Position numbers and translations under genes: made by a program. The notes below the pieces were generated by a model. The model did no database searches. It saw only the letters and a program-made list of their open reading frames with translations, and was not told where the DNA came from. DNA of 64,000 bases from Tubiluchus corallicola. Taxonomy: Eukaryota; Animalia; Priapulida. The stretch covers positions 496,001 through 560,000 of the forward strand of contig JAQGDQ010000023.1 in NCBI GenBank assembly GCA_030141605.1, written 5' to 3'. Shown here in pieces: positions 25,908 to 40,320 of this stretch; the stretch's first letter is position 1, and every line of letters begins with the position of its first letter.

Positions 25908-28900
25908 ATGACAATGGACATGTTACATTTGCCATCAGTTACACATAAGAAACAGTCCGGTACCTTGGCACCCGATCCTAGAAAAATGAGGTATATCATA
26001 GCTGAAGACCCGGAATGGTCACTGGAGATTATCCCGACTTTGTCTCAGATTTGCTTGCAAGTCATTGTAGACAATTTTGCTGGTAAGTATTAAGTATGGT
26101 AGTTGTAATAATAATAATAACTAGCGAAACCCCGCAAAAGAATTTTGTGCACAACCAATAACAACCCACACCAACCACACCGCACCACCCTCACCACATC
26201 ACCCACACTATGTCCCCTACACCACACCACCCACACAATACGACCCACATTATACTCACCACATTCACCACACACACTACACCATACCACACCACACCAC
26301 ACCAAACCCACCCAACTCGTGGCAATCATGATGATGATGACGATAACAGCGATGACACCTACGACATCAACACCAACAGCACAGCATCATAGCAAAACCA
26401 TGCAAAACATTTTGTACAAAGTTGAAACTGTGTGCTATGACAAAAGCTATCAGACCCATCCACCAATGATCAGTAATGCATGGACATTCTACATAGTGTT
26501 TGCAAACTGCTCCTTTCGATCGTAATAGACTACTATTATAATGCTTGCAGCTGCTTTTACTGAATTAAAGTTATAAAGTTATGGACAGAGTACAGTGGAA
26601 TGACGTCAAAACAATGAAAACGTCACTGTAGCTTCTAAGCAAGAATCACCCAAAATGGAACTGCTAATCAACTTGTCGCATGTCCTTTTGGTGGACTCGT
26701 ACTAAAATGTAACTCACATCATCGTGTAACCCCATTCCTCCTCTTTCTAAAGAGCTATGTATCCCTTTCTGAGAGCCCATCAGGCGCTCCTAGAACATTT
26801 TTTCTACATGCTGTTTGGCTAAAATTTTGAAAAAATCAAGAGCTTCTGGGAAAACGCCCGTTATGGGAAATCGTGGCTCTCCCGCATATTCTAAATATGC
26901 GTACTACTCCGTTGCCTCCATTGAGTAGGCTATGCAACCATTGCCAGCTCCACACCCAGCCCATTCCCATTCTATAGAAACAAGAAGTATAAGTTTTGCA
27001 AAATACGGGCGGGAAGGGCCATTTCTGGAGTCCGCTTGTTACAGTTCCTATTTCCGATTTGAAAGATAAACTCCCAATGGTAAAGTACTGGATCGAGACC
27101 TTTCATTTGATATATAGATTGCTGCAAAGGGTGCCGTCATCAGTGCTGTAGCCTCGAATCTTATATATATATATATGTTGGTGAATATTCAGCTAATGAT
27201 TGCTGTTTTTTTTGTTTTCACTGACTGGTTGTGCTTGAGATGGTGAATTTAAGTAGCCATGAACGTGAGATTACTTTATGCCCATAGGCTGCATATTGCT
27301 AAAGGATAATCTGAAAGTTTATTGTTGTCATTCAATACTACAGATACCAATTAAGTCTCTAAAAAAATTATGAGATTGAGGTTACCCCAGAACAGCTTCA
27401 GTTCTAGGATCATCATATTTGAGAATCTGTTTCAAATCTCTCTCTTTTTCAGATGCTTATTGGATGTATTTATATGAAGTAATAAAATCACAGCTAAGTA
27501 ATTAGCTGTAAACTATGTAAAGCTACTGCTGGCGTCAACATAATGTAAACATACCTAAACTCACATTTAACTAAACTTAGGATGTTTTTTTTATGAAACT
27601 GGATTCTTATCTTATTGGTGTGCTCTTGCTGTGTCATTGTGATAGTCTTTTATGTATAATGAGAACTTTTAATTTCATTTTTGCAGAATATCCAATTTAT
27701 GAAGAGCTGTTGCCAAAGCATAAAAAGAAACTTCTGGAACAAATTTCAACTGACATTCCATTGCATATCACTGCTCCTCTGATCCAGGATGATGCCTATT
27801 GGAAGAGATGCTGTACAGCACGGTGGAGTGTCTGTGACTTTAAAGCATTTGGTAGTAGTTGGAAACGAATGCTGTTCGAGCGCCATTTGGAACAACTTCT
27901 CGAAAACATCATTCCGGGAGAAACCGACTTGAAACCAGTGGAAGAAGTTTTAGTTTTAGCTCCAGATCTCATTGGGCGTCTAATCATCAGGCAAGTGCTG
28001 CCACCTGTTAAAGAACCACACCCAACTCTAGATGAGTTATCAGAATTGGATAGCATTCCAGAAGAAAGTTAGTATAATTAATTAAGGACAATTTTTCTGT
28101 TGCCTGTAAAGTTATTCTCTTTAAACACAACAATCATTTAAATGCACAAAAGCATAACTAAATCATTAAAAGTCCAAAAATTTTTTGCACCTCTATTTTT
28201 TGCAGGACTCAAACCCAAGACCATCCAATTTTTCAGGCTCAGAATACACCATAAGCCACTAGAGGTCTGTCACTGGGAAATCAACAGACCATGATACAGA
28301 GTACTGTATCAAGACATAGTATGAAATCAATCTATAAACGCACAAAAGCATGACTGAATTCGAAAGTCATATAGCTTGGCTATCATTAATATTTCAAATG
28401 CTACATCCCAGGATCAAATCATTACAAATCAGAACAGCCACAAGAACAGTAGTTCAAGTATTATTCAAAAAAGTGATGATTTTCTGTTCCAATTTGTTCA
28501 AGCTCTTCTTTTGTATTGATTCTACCTCATGAGTACAAATAAATGGTATAAATAAATAAATAAATGAATAAAGGAAATTATGCAACTTTTCATCATTTTT
28601 GTAATTACATTGTAGGAGAAGATGAAGCTGCAAGCACGGAACATTTTGACTTTGGCCCAATCATCACGAAGCTGCCGAATTTAAAAGAGTTTCATATAAC
28701 ATACCAAGCACGCAATTGTGGCATGAATTTTCAATGGAACCTTTTCTTATTCACGCTGCCGGATTGTAGGAATCTTAGTCGCTGTTTAGTCAATTGTTCC
28801 GCACTGCGACTGCTGCACATTTATCAAAGTAAGATAGATGATCAACGTTGTGAGATGCTTGCGAATGGCATCATGGACCATCCGACTCTAGAACATTTGG

Positions 28901-30615
28901 ATCTTTCACATAATATTATCCGCAATGATGGCGCGAAGTTTATTGCAAACCTTTTAGATGGCCACAGCAAAATAAAGAAGCTGGTGCTTGTAAACAACAG
29001 CATCAAGGCAAAAGGAGGGAAAGCACTTGCTAATGTTTTGCCATCAAATGACACACTGGAAGTGCTCAACCTCAGATTAAACAAGATTTCCAGTGAAGGT
29101 GCTAAAGCTATGTTTGTAGGACTCACCAAAAACCAGTCTATAAAAACCCTGAATGTTGCAAGCAATGATATTGATAATGAAGCTGGAGACGCTTTGCTGA
29201 ATATGTTAATCGACAATAAAAAATTAGAAATTCTCAACTTATCCTGTAACAAATTAGGAGCGGTATGTATATTTTTAGTACCTAACAGTTGGGTTACATA
29301 TTATTATACAAGCACCCTTTGAAGGGCTAAAATTCTAGTGCAAGAATAGACCAAGCAGCAACAAATTAGTTGAATATAATAATACTGTAATTAGTTATTT
29401 TTTGTCGTTCTGTAATGTAGTACATTTTGGGAAAGAAGATGGTCGCCTTAGGAATTTTAAAAAAAATGAGAGTTTTCGGATTAAACATGCCCTTACTTTT
29501 TCAAAAATGTATAGGTTATTTAATCTGCAGAAGTTCTGAATGAACTACTTGACAAGCGCACAGCATACCAGACTAAAAAGAGAAACACAACAACTAAACA
29601 ATTTTAAAAAAGTTTGAATTGAAAGACCTTTAGTGGAGTAGTATAATTGTCAATTGAAGAAGTTGGAGGTGAAATTTGAAACAGCTATTTGAATTCTTTA
29701 GTTAAGTATTAGTGTTAAAGCACCGTCAAAAGTACTTTTGTTTCACATAAAACGGTGCCAGCATTAAGCCCAGTGCATAGGGTATACTTCACTATTCAAC
29801 TGCAAAATGAAAAATCAAGTTTGAATAGATACAATAAATCGATCGATCCATAACCAGTAGTGAATTTTTATCATAGGTTAAATATGCTTAAAAATAATAA
29901 ATTTTTGGCTCCCTTGCTCTTTTTGAGGGACAGTACTTGCCCCATATGAAAGCAGATCTCTAGTGTTAACCCTAATCCTACTAACACTGGTTCAATAGGA
30001 CCCCACTTAGTGGTAGGATGAGGCTTAGATAAAAAATATCTGAAACAAGAAGTTCTGTATTGCATTTCCAAAGACAATTCCTGATTTGGATATAAGACTG
30101 GTCTTAAAGATGATTTTCTTCAACTTAAATGTGCCAATAATTTTATAGTTATTTGATAAACACTTGACAAAATTTAGTAAACTTGCATTAACAAGTAGAA
30201 CAGCGAATCAATCATTCATTAATCAGTTCAGATAGCTCAACATGAGATAAGGTGCATGAGTGCAACGTCTTCTGAACTTTAAGCACTGTCTCCCTTTTAA
30301 TGTGATTGTACAGATTCTTCGTTATTCATAAAGGTTTACTGATTTGTTATTCATTGCATGAAATGCAAGTGTTTTTGTGGCACGTCAAACTCTTTGTTTG
30401 AATAATTTGGCTCATAAACAATACTTATTTATTCCTAGGCAGGTGGAAGGCAACTTCAGCAAGGCATGCAGTCAAACACCACACTAATAGAAATAGATCT
30501 GCGCTTGACAAACAGTGGGCCTGAATGTGAGTACTTTGTTAGCCAAGTTTTGAAGAAAAACAGAGATAGAATACAGGAGGAAAATTACAAGCCCCTCAAC
30601 AATCGCACTATATGA
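25908..30615 (+). CDS. TCTE1: Dynein regulatory complex subunit 5 / T-complex-associated testis-expressed protein 1 (LRR), ~459 aa
   Basis: Exons 25908-26082, 27687-28067, 28616-29262, 30439-30615, all GT-AG with consistent phase (1380 nt). Motifs RYIIAEDPEWSL, YWKRCC..RW, SWKRMLFERHL, CGMNFQWNLF, RI-like LRRs, IDLRLT. Confidence 0.93.
26140..26400. repeat. Low-complexity CAC/ACA-rich simple repeat in a TCTE1 intron
   Basis: Direct observation; explains several spurious ORFs. Confidence 0.8.
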
Positions 30616-33600
30616 AGTTCTTTGTCAGTGAAAAATCATGATTATTATTTGTTTTCGACTGCAAGGAAACCTGTCAGATTACGCATATTCCCAAAGTACA
30701 TCTTTGGTAAAAAGTGGTCCAGTCAGGATCAAATTAGTGCAAATACTGTACAAAATATGGCAAAATATCTCAGAAAACAGAATTATTATTAAATAAGACC
30801 TATTAATAATTATTAATTAAAAACGATGTATGTTATCTGTGTGATGTGCCAAACAGATCAAACAAACAGAAGGCTTTGTTTTGTTCAATCATGAATGCTG
30901 TTACTCATTTTGTTCACATTCAGAACAGTGATATGTATATTAAACAGTTGGACTTTCATTTGTATAGCATAATAAACTATTTTGTGCTGTTGTTTGTACC
31001 AAACTGTTAAGCCACTTGATTGCTTTCCAGTACATTTGTAGTTTGTACTTTTTAATTTAAATTTTAGTCATGAAAGATTATTTTAATAAATCATACATCA
31101 TCAAGCACTTTTTATCATAACAATATTATGGAAGTATGCATTGTAATTCATAGGAGTTTATTCTGGACGGACAAAATGTGTGTGTGTATACAGTACAATA
31201 AAAAGTGTATGTCATATAGGTATTATGTAACAAAATTGTGAAGGTTAAACTACACATATAAGTTAGAGTAGTTTACACATATCATCACACAATGCACTTA
31301 CGGCAACGCAATTTAAACTGTCCAAAAATCTACCAACCAGGCCTGCTGTTACTTCTTGATTTTGGTCACTAAGCACACACTGTGACCGCTTGACTCCTCT
31401 CACACCAATATGTTATAAAGGTATTACCCTATTATCATTTTCAAATAAATTTTGAATACTCTATGCATCTGTGTATCCATTAACCTGAGCATAAGTGAGC
31501 TTTTCTAACTACAAGTTAAAATCACTATGAATATTAAAAATCTTTTAAAAAGCTATTAAATTAAAATGTTTCAGCCATGTAGTGATTTTAATAGCATTTG
31601 TCAATATTGAAATCAGTTCCCAATTAAATCATTTGGAATTTAATACAAATTATTCTTATTTCTCTTTTTTAATGACAACAAAATTGTCCAAAAATTTCAA
31701 GTAATTGTTCAAAATTATAATGGATATACATGTATAAAATAAATCCTTTAAACGTAGTTAAATGTAATCATTGCATAACCTTGATTTCATTTTATATAAT
31801 ATAGCTATAAAGATGAGAATTAGGGGATGCTGTTTGACAGCTTCTGGGCAATTTTCATGGACATGAAAATGGCTTATGAAAATCATAAACGTCTTTGAAA
31901 CCTCAAAGGAAAGGCCAGGCCTTTAGGAAAGTCAGGCTTATTTCAATGTTCATGAGAAATGATAGAAGGATTTAATAACAAAAATGTGATAAGCATCTCA
32001 TGTAGTTAGTAAAATCACTTTAGAGTCACGATCGTTTCATGCTTGGGTGCTCCCATTTTAAACGCCCATTCATCCACCAATGACATCCATCGGCTGAACA
32101 AAAGCAGCACACTTCAATTTCCGTTAAAAGTATAATAAGTTTTTACAAAAAAATTAATTAATTTTGTGATATATTTGCATGAGCATTATGCAACCTGAAT
32201 TCCAGAAAGGTGAGATGCGCTTACGAAAAGTGAAGAAGTCTACCAGTTACATCATAATTTCAAGTGAATGGCAGCAACCACCGTGTCCGAATATTTCTAA
32301 AACCACTGTGCCTGAACATTTTTAAACAGTCATAGTATAAATTAACGTAAAGCTTTATAGACGATTTTTTTTATTATTTCGTAACGATTATTATAATGAT
32401 CTTATTATATTTTTGTAAGCTTAAGTGATAACAGTAAAATTATCCCAACACGCTAAATGACTTGTCCTTTCCTTTAAGGTACATTTAAGGTCCTTTAAGA
32501 TAAAAAATCCATTACTTAAATGGGCATCAGCTTATAGTTATTCCTAATTCTTGTTAGTGGATAGTGCCACGTGCTTGACATAATAAAAAGCCACATGAAA
32601 TTTTGCCGAGATCTATAATTTATAACTAAACTAACAATAGTTTATTATCTTTAGAATAGTATTATTCTACGTAAAGAATTGCGTAGCTATAGGAGACATT
32701 AATTGTATAGCATCAGTATACTATAATCACTAAAACACAAAATGTAGCAGTAAAAAAGAAATAAAGTGCTCCACCTAAAATACATTTTACTATATTGACA
32801 CACCTGGTTAAACATAAACATTCACAATAATTACATTACTAATACTTTTCTCTGTAATGAGAAAATTTCCTCATTGAGATTCTATACTACCTGTCATTTA
32901 AACGAGAATATGATATACCAATGTAAAAAAATTCAACAATATATGCACATTCACATACTACATCAAAGGTACATATAAATGTTTCTTAGCAGTATGAACA
33001 CATAAGTTATCACAGTAAAATGGACAAAAATGTGTTTTTAAAGCAAAAGCTAACACATTTGCCTACAGCATTATAAGAACATGACAATAACATTGTTTAA
33101 AACACGTACGTACTTTATTAATTACACTTTCAAATTGATTAATCTTACCACAAACATCGGACACTAAATTGTATGTTTTCATGGTCATTTTGGGGAGAAG
33201 TCGTTACTCTTCAGGCAAAAGAGCCATATTACCAAAGGCAGGCAACCAGATTCTCTTGACTGCCAAATTTTTCAACATTCCAATTTGAATATAATATTGT
33301 AAGCATTCAGTTTAAGTGCATCATTACATTATTAGGAGGAGCTACAGAAACACTCTAAAAGGCAATAGCATTTCTCTATTTAAATAATCATTATTGTGGC
33401 TTGTACAAAATGGCCACACAATGCTTTTAAAAATCATTATGGCTTGTACAAGTTAAAGGCATTCTACTTCATATTTATTCTGGCATTTATGTTAATTAAA
33501 GTATATAATAATTTTGAATTGTGGCTCTATGAAGCTTAACTGTAGCCTTTTTAACAGACCCATTGGGTTTTTACATAACTGTAGTGAATCAGGTGAGGTA

Positions 33601-33795
33601 TATGTTTAGCATAATTATTGCTAAATATGTGGTAAAAAACAAAGAAAATTGCTAACTTATATAATTTAGACATGGATTATATGTATCACACACATGAATG
33701 TGATATAAAACTAATGAATTTAAACCAGAAATTCTGGCTTACAAATCTTACAACCATTTTTATCAAGATAGGACTTTATCAAGATAGGACTAATA

Positions 33796-33940
33796 GGACT
33801 TAACTCTAGTAGTAATGCGTTCGCTTTCTGTCTGGGAGGTCGTGAGTTCGATACAGTGGCCGGGTCATACCAAAGACTTTAAAAATGGTACCTGCTGTTG
33901 CTATGCGTAATGCATTATATTTATAGTAAAAGTGGGGTAA
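33796..33940 (+). mobile_element. tRNA-derived SINE with a Meta-domain-like core
   Basis: A-box-like tctagtagtaatgcg, B-box GTTCGATAC (33846-33854), then GTCATACCAAAGACTTTAAAAATGGTACC, which I recall as the MetaSINE central domain. Confidence 0.6.
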
Positions 33941-34008
33941 TAATAGTCTCTGTTATGTAGTTGTAGGTTCTTTACAGTCGACACAAAAGCTCCACTTCCC
34001 ACTTCCAC

Positions 34009-37000
34009 TCAGCTACAGCACTTTTTCCTAGGCTTAGTTTCATATAAGTCTTGCTTATGAACCTCTGCAAGAAAAAACAGTGTCACTCCAGCAGAATTAG
34101 ATTATAGTGTTACTCGCAGCTAGTACAACCAAATGGCTTAACGTGGTTATACTTAGTTAACTAAGATGCCCTACTTTTAGTAATAATGGGGATTTAAAGC
34201 ATAAACAGGCATCTACATGTCAACATAGGCACGTAACCCATTCATAGGTGGTTTCTCAACTCCAGAACTGTGAGTTAAGTAGAGTTTAGTGGAATTCAGA
34301 GTTCAATGACGATAATACCCAGTTTACAGCATAAAACAAAAGAGATGAGCTAAAAGTTGTTTGTTGTTAAAAAATAAAATAATCTTACTGACTAAGTCAC
34401 CACCAATAGCTCTTTTTGGGCTTTCGCTGGATAATTCCTGCATCATAGCCACATCAAATACCATGGCTGCCACACGGAAGAAAAATTCTTGGACAAATTC
34501 ACCTATTAAAAATACAATATTAATGAGGAGTATCTTACCAGTTGGAGTAACACTAAAATTGCTTCAAAGTTAAAAATATAGAATAAAATTGAGTCTTGAC
34601 CATTCAATGGTGATAAGCATTTGCCAGGTATGGTTTTATAACAAAAATTAAATATATTTACCAGGTGAAAGAATGACAAGCTTCTTTTAAAAAAAAATTG
34701 CGATCATGAAAATCGCACAACTATTGTGAGAAACAGAACTCCTGTAACGCCTTTTCATATTCTGCTTTACACCAGTGATTCACAATTTCTTGTTCAGTGA
34801 TGGCGCTGTGAAGTCATGAAGTCGTTTCTGTGACACCCAATCTTTATAATCCCCTCCTGATTTTACCTTTATAGCGAAGTGCCTGTTCTAAGAGTTTACT
34901 TAGTTGAGAAAAATTAAACACACTCTACAAGCAAAAATATATACCTAAAGTTCATCAGAAGAATGAGAATAATTTAACAGGCAAAACTTAATGCAAGAAT
35001 ACTTGTGACAGTCATTGGTAGTTAATTACACAAAACAAACAGAAACTAACCTAAATTTGTGTGATTAACAGAAAAATCTTGAAATACAGCTAAGTATGGT
35101 CCTTTAGTAGTTTGAAACCGATACAAAATTATCAAAAGATCTTTTGCTAACTGCAGGCATTAACACTAGCACCTCAGAGTGCAGGACAAACCTGAGTGTA
35201 GTGGTACCTGTTTCAGAACCGTAGACTTACACAATTAAATATTCTAACTTTTGATCCAGTGCATAACATTTTACAAACCTGTTTTTGATGAAACAGCCCA
35301 GTACTCAGCACCAAGCTCCTTTGCCATAACAACAGCTTCTTCCTCTAGTCGAACATAGCTCTGTTTAGTCTGAAAAAAATACAGAGTTATAATAGTTATT
35401 TATAATATAATATAATATAATATAATATAATATAATATAATATAATATAATATAATATAATATAATATAATATAATATAATATAATATAATATAATATAA
35501 TATAATATAATATAATATAATATAATATAATATAATATAATATAATATAATATAATATAATATAATATAATATAATATAATATAATATAATATAATATAA
35601 TATAATATAATATAATATAATATAATATAGATAGTATAATGTAGGTATTATATATTATATAAATAATAAATAAGATGGAACATATACTTTACGGTAATGA
35701 TTACTGTAATGTCTACATAAAAAAACTGAAACGTACCACGAGGTCCTTCTTGCTGCCAACAAGAAATATAAGTGGATTCTCATTCCTGTTGCTGAGAGCT
35801 TCACTCAACCACCGTTTTGTAGACATTAAAGTCTCCATGTCACTGAGATCAAACACCAGAATGATGACTAGAAAATGCAGAACGGTTTAGTATATAATTA
35901 TTAAGTGATATTTGGGAAGGATTGTAAAATTAGTAGAAATAAATGAAATTATTAATTTGTGTAAACAGAATTCTATATAATTTTACACAAACAATAACTT
36001 GCAGAGTTATGACAGTCTCAGTCAGGTGAAGGACTCATATAAAAAAATCAGTTTTAGAAAAGCCTTTTCACAATTTGAGCGATTTAACGATGATCGTGAA
36101 AAGGTCAAAGGTTAAGTGAACCTAACAATGTTATCTGAACCAAACAAAGCATTTGTTTACACTTGGCAACGTTTTGCAGCTCATACTATTGTACTAGTAA
36201 CAATTCTTGATGTTAACTTGCTTCAGTTAGTTCATTTTACGTTAATTGCTGCTCCTATTTTGGTAGATGTTTTTGGATAAAAATCACCTGTTAGTTTAAA
36301 ATTATACATGTGTAGTATATAGTAAATATGACCAAGTGTTTCACCCGTTTCACCTACATGCAGTTACATGCATAAGGTCACGTGACCGTTGTAGTTAAGT
36401 AAGATGCGCTGTGTTCACTTCACCTTTGACCTACAACAATAGTGCGTGTGTAAAACTGTGCATAGAGAAACTGCGAAAAGGCTCATTTATCTTGAAAGTT
36501 TCATAAAAATTCTAAAAACATTGAACACCTGAAAAAAAACTGGTCATTATTGTAAAGTAGCAGGAGATTTGATAATGAATAAATGAATTTGCCTTACCAT
36601 GTGCGCCTCTATAGTAGGAAGCAGCTATGCACTTGAACCTTTCCTGGCCTGCTGTGTCCCAACTGAAAAAAACAGTTATTTTTTACAAGGAGATTATATT
36701 TATCTGATACACATAGGCAAAAATACATAATTATACAGTATATCATCACGATAGCGAACCTGCTAGAGACCCAAAAAAGTACTCTATAACTGAGGTACTC
36801 TATAAGCACATGCAGCTATTCATAATTTGTACATAATGGACAAGCACATATTAATAAGAAAAGGGCATAAATAATGTACACAGAGAATGTGAAGTACTTT
36901 TAGAAGATGCTATTAAGTATCAACTACTTTGTAGTACATTCAAATCCAATGAAATGTGGTTTAGGTAGCTTCAGTAAACTAAATATTAATGAGTGCTTCA

Positions 37001-39788
37001 CATTAAATTGCATGTACATGTAATCTGTGGTACACGTTCAGTTGTAAATTTACGTGAGCTGTTCAACAAAGTCAGTAAGATTAAAAAAAGTCAGTCAATT
37101 TTTTTTTTGGCACAAAATAGCAGTTAACCCTTGTATGAAAATTTTTTGCAGCAAAGTAACTGCAGTGGGGTTCAAAATTTGATGAAACATCTCAGCAGTG
37201 TATGTGCTGTCAGTGTAAATTCTAGGTGTCAAACTGCAGTTTGGCACGACAAAAACTTGCAAAATGCAACAAGTGAGTATATTCAAAGCTATTATACTAG
37301 TTCAATTAATGACGAAAGTTCTTTTTTAATGACTTCGCATTACTGATGTGTGTACAATAAACAATGTTTGTTGTAATGGTGTAATACTGCACAGCATTAA
37401 AAACAGATAGACCATTTATGCAATGTATGCATCTTTGAATGGAAGATACTGCAAAATCACCATAACTGATTAAGAAGTTATTTGAACAGACGTTATTACA
37501 AGATATCTGTTAGGTATTAAACTTACATCTGTAAATTAAAAGGCATATTTAGTACGTCAAATCTCTCAACCTCAAAGTCAACGCCGATGGTGGCTTTGTA
37601 GTTACTATCAAATGTATGATGACAAAATCTGTGGTAAGAGAAAACAGGTTTTTGTTAGAATATGACTCATTCCAGTGCAAGAACTATTGCTATTAACCAT
37701 AATGTGTTGTATTTTTGTCCTAATTTATAGGAAAGGCGTATATAGTCTGTATAGCTCGCCAACCCCTGGTCAAATCCAAGCCACTCACACTAACCATGGA
37801 CTTCCTACCAGTAACTCATGAACCTCACCATCATGCTTAAAGCACAAGAAAACCCTTTAGCTCCCAAAAGCAAAAAAATCATCCCGAAACTTTGCATGAC
37901 CTGCATACTACCTAATTATGCACAGAGCTTGCATTAACAGTAATGCTGTGTAAAACTTGTAAATTTAAACTGCTGCTATGAATGTTTTTGTGCAGCCATT
38001 TTGACGGTAGTACGTTTAAAACAAGTTTAGATAGCATTACATAAAGTTTGAAACTACAATCGGAGCATTGGCAGGACACACCTCACTGACAAAGCAAAAG
38101 TGTAAATTACAGTATCTTGGCAATAACATTTAAAATATTTTTCAGATGAGTTAACTGTGCATACTGGGAGGGGGGGGGTGAGTCGGTGACGTTTTACCAG
38201 TTGGCACGAAGATTTTGAATTACTAAGAATTTTTTTCTAGTTACATGAGCCTTTTAAGCTGGTAGGTATAAAAGCAAAGTAATATAACTTTGTGTAGAAA
38301 GTTTTTTAAGCCATTTTGTGTAGAAAGACTTTAAAATTGCCTTTTCTTCCCCCTGTAAATTTAAGAAATATAACCTGTTTACTAAGCACGTTTTGCCAAC
38401 AGCCACATCGCCAAGAATAACAGCTTTACAGATGTTCATCCTGCAAGTAAAAATTCAGTACAAATAACTGATTTCATTCATAATTTATTCACTCATTTAC
38501 TTAGTCATTCATAATATTGTATTTCATTCTTACAGTATTGTAGCTTACACTATAGTTTACAGCTATAAATGAACACTGAATGATAAATTTACTGAGTGTT
38601 GACATTATATGCTTGAGACACATTTATCTCAATAAGTTGCTTATGCTTAGAATTAAATACAGACAGTGACGTTTTTTTAGCGCATTATTATGATTACACG
38701 TAGAATCCATAGTTATTATTAAACAATAGCGACTTGCAAATCAAATAACTAACCATTTTCTGGCAAATTTCGAATGCGTGCATTGCCGTAGACATCACCG
38801 TCTTTGGTACGAGTGAGCAAGAATGACGTAGCAATACAGAAAGCGTCTTTTGCTACTGATGTTTGTTTAACAATCTTTGGTGACCTCGTGATCGTGCTCA
38901 CAACGTCACTCGTCTGTACTCGAATGAAAAATGGCGGGTCTTCAAATCTAATACCGCTAACAATGAAATGATCAAAAAATAAAAAGAAAGAAGTTTTACA
39001 CCAAGTTTATAATAAAATAAATTGAATATTTGTAATGAGATTAGGATTTTAAGTGTAAAAGCTTAATTATAGTGAGGGTTTAGTTTGACATATTCACTTG
39101 CACAGGCTGTAAAGAAAGTCAATATTACCTGTCGGACTTGTTCGAATAGCAAACATCCCTAACCTTTGAGCTAAAGTCACTTTGCTTATAAGGTCCATCT
39201 GAATGAATTGGCTGGTAACAAATAGAAAAAGTAAAGTATATCAACATGCTAATGTTATTTGAAAAAAAATCGTATTACATGTATTTGAATGGTTAAAGCA
39301 GCGAACTTTGACGTCTTACTGTCATTGTGCTTTCAAAACATTATGATAATATGACATTTGTAGCTTTCACGAACAACCATAGAAGAGACATGAAAATGGC
39401 AACGCTTCCGGGAACCATGTGGTTTTTTTACAATTTTTTAATGCCTTCCCCTGAATTTAGTAGATCACTCGTCAAAACACAATTGGGTAAACAATTTTTC
39501 TCAGCTAGAGAGTAGTTATTCACTAAAGTGAAATATTATGAAATGCAGGATACCTAAAACAAATCTCTGAAATATCTGCTTTTTTGAAGAAAAGCAGCAA
39601 CAGTGAACAAACTTTCTTTACAGTAAAATGAAATTTTCAAGTTTTCCACGAATCATTCTTTTGACATGTGCAATTAAAAACAAAAAAAAACTTACTTGAG
39701 GAAATTTTGAGATTATCCTGTCCTTTTCTGCATGCGTCCTCATAATTGTCATGCAAGGCGTTTCTTTGATGATAACAGTTTTGCTCAT
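34009..39788 (-). CDS. RAB34: Rab34/Rab36-family small GTPase, ~266 aa
   Basis: Minus-strand exons 39788-39696, 39211-39129, 38440-38375, 37628-37527, 36662-36598, 35867-35737, 35369-35279, 34502-34389, 34064-34009 (801 nt, phases consistent). [42 protein letters not shown], family-typical [17 protein letters not shown]-terminal CCS. Start Met uncertain; likely co-orthologue of RAB34 and RAB36. Confidence 0.92.
35401..35628. repeat. (TAATA)n pentanucleotide microsatellite in a Rab34 intron
   Basis: Direct observation. Confidence 0.98.
36058..36486. mobile_element. MITE-like element; related end copy at ~10310-10380
   Basis: Termini agccttttcacaattt / aaactgcgaaaaggct and internal aggtcaaaggttaagtgaac / gttcacttcacctttgacct are inverted; 10310-10380 matches the reverse complement of the left end. 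Confidence 0.65.
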
Positions 39789-39899
39789 AACATACCTATG
39801 CAAACGATGTTTATTGTTAGTTTAAGTGGACCACTTCCACCTGTAGCTGTGGCCTTATGAATATTAATCATCTGCAAATTTGAGGCAGGTTTCTGTAAT

Positions 39900-40320
39900 A
39901 ATATAAATAATAATAGTAACAGTAATAATACCAATTAATAGTAGAATAGTAGTCGTGACAGTGGCACTGGCACTGGAGGTAACGATAGTGGTAATGGTGA
40001 CAGTGGGTAGTAGTACTGGTAGTGGTTGTGATGGTGGTACAAGTAATGGTAGAGGTAGCAGTACTTGTAGCAGCAGTAGTGGTAGTGGTACTAGCTGTTG
40101 TGGCACTGGTAGTGGTGGTAATCGTAGTGGTGGTAGTTGTAGAGATACTGATAATAGTAGTACTGATACTGGTAGTGGTTCTGATGGCATAGGTGCTGGT
40201 AGTCGATGCAGTGGCACTGATATTGGCAGAGGTGATAGTGGTAGATACTGGTGATAATGGTACTGGTAGTGATGGTAGTAAATGATACTGGTAGTGGCAC
40301 TGATGGTAGTGGTAGGAGTC
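39900..40320. repeat. Low-complexity (GGT/AGT)n degenerate repeat
   Basis: Direct observation; a similar complementary-composition tract lies at ~8330-8850. Confidence 0.8.

Noticed and set aside
27593-27686. Signal-peptide-like N-terminus of ORF 27593..28072
   Set aside because: Intronic read-through upstream of the TCTE1 acceptor at 27686.
34230-34350. Alternative last exons for the Rab gene
   Set aside because: They give no C-terminal prenylation motif or need a ~39-nt intron; exon 34064-34009 gives KKCCS with a strong acceptor.
39864-40300. Gly/Ser-rich or Pro/Leu-rich short ORFs
   Set aside because: Low-complexity trinucleotide-derived sequence with no domain signal.
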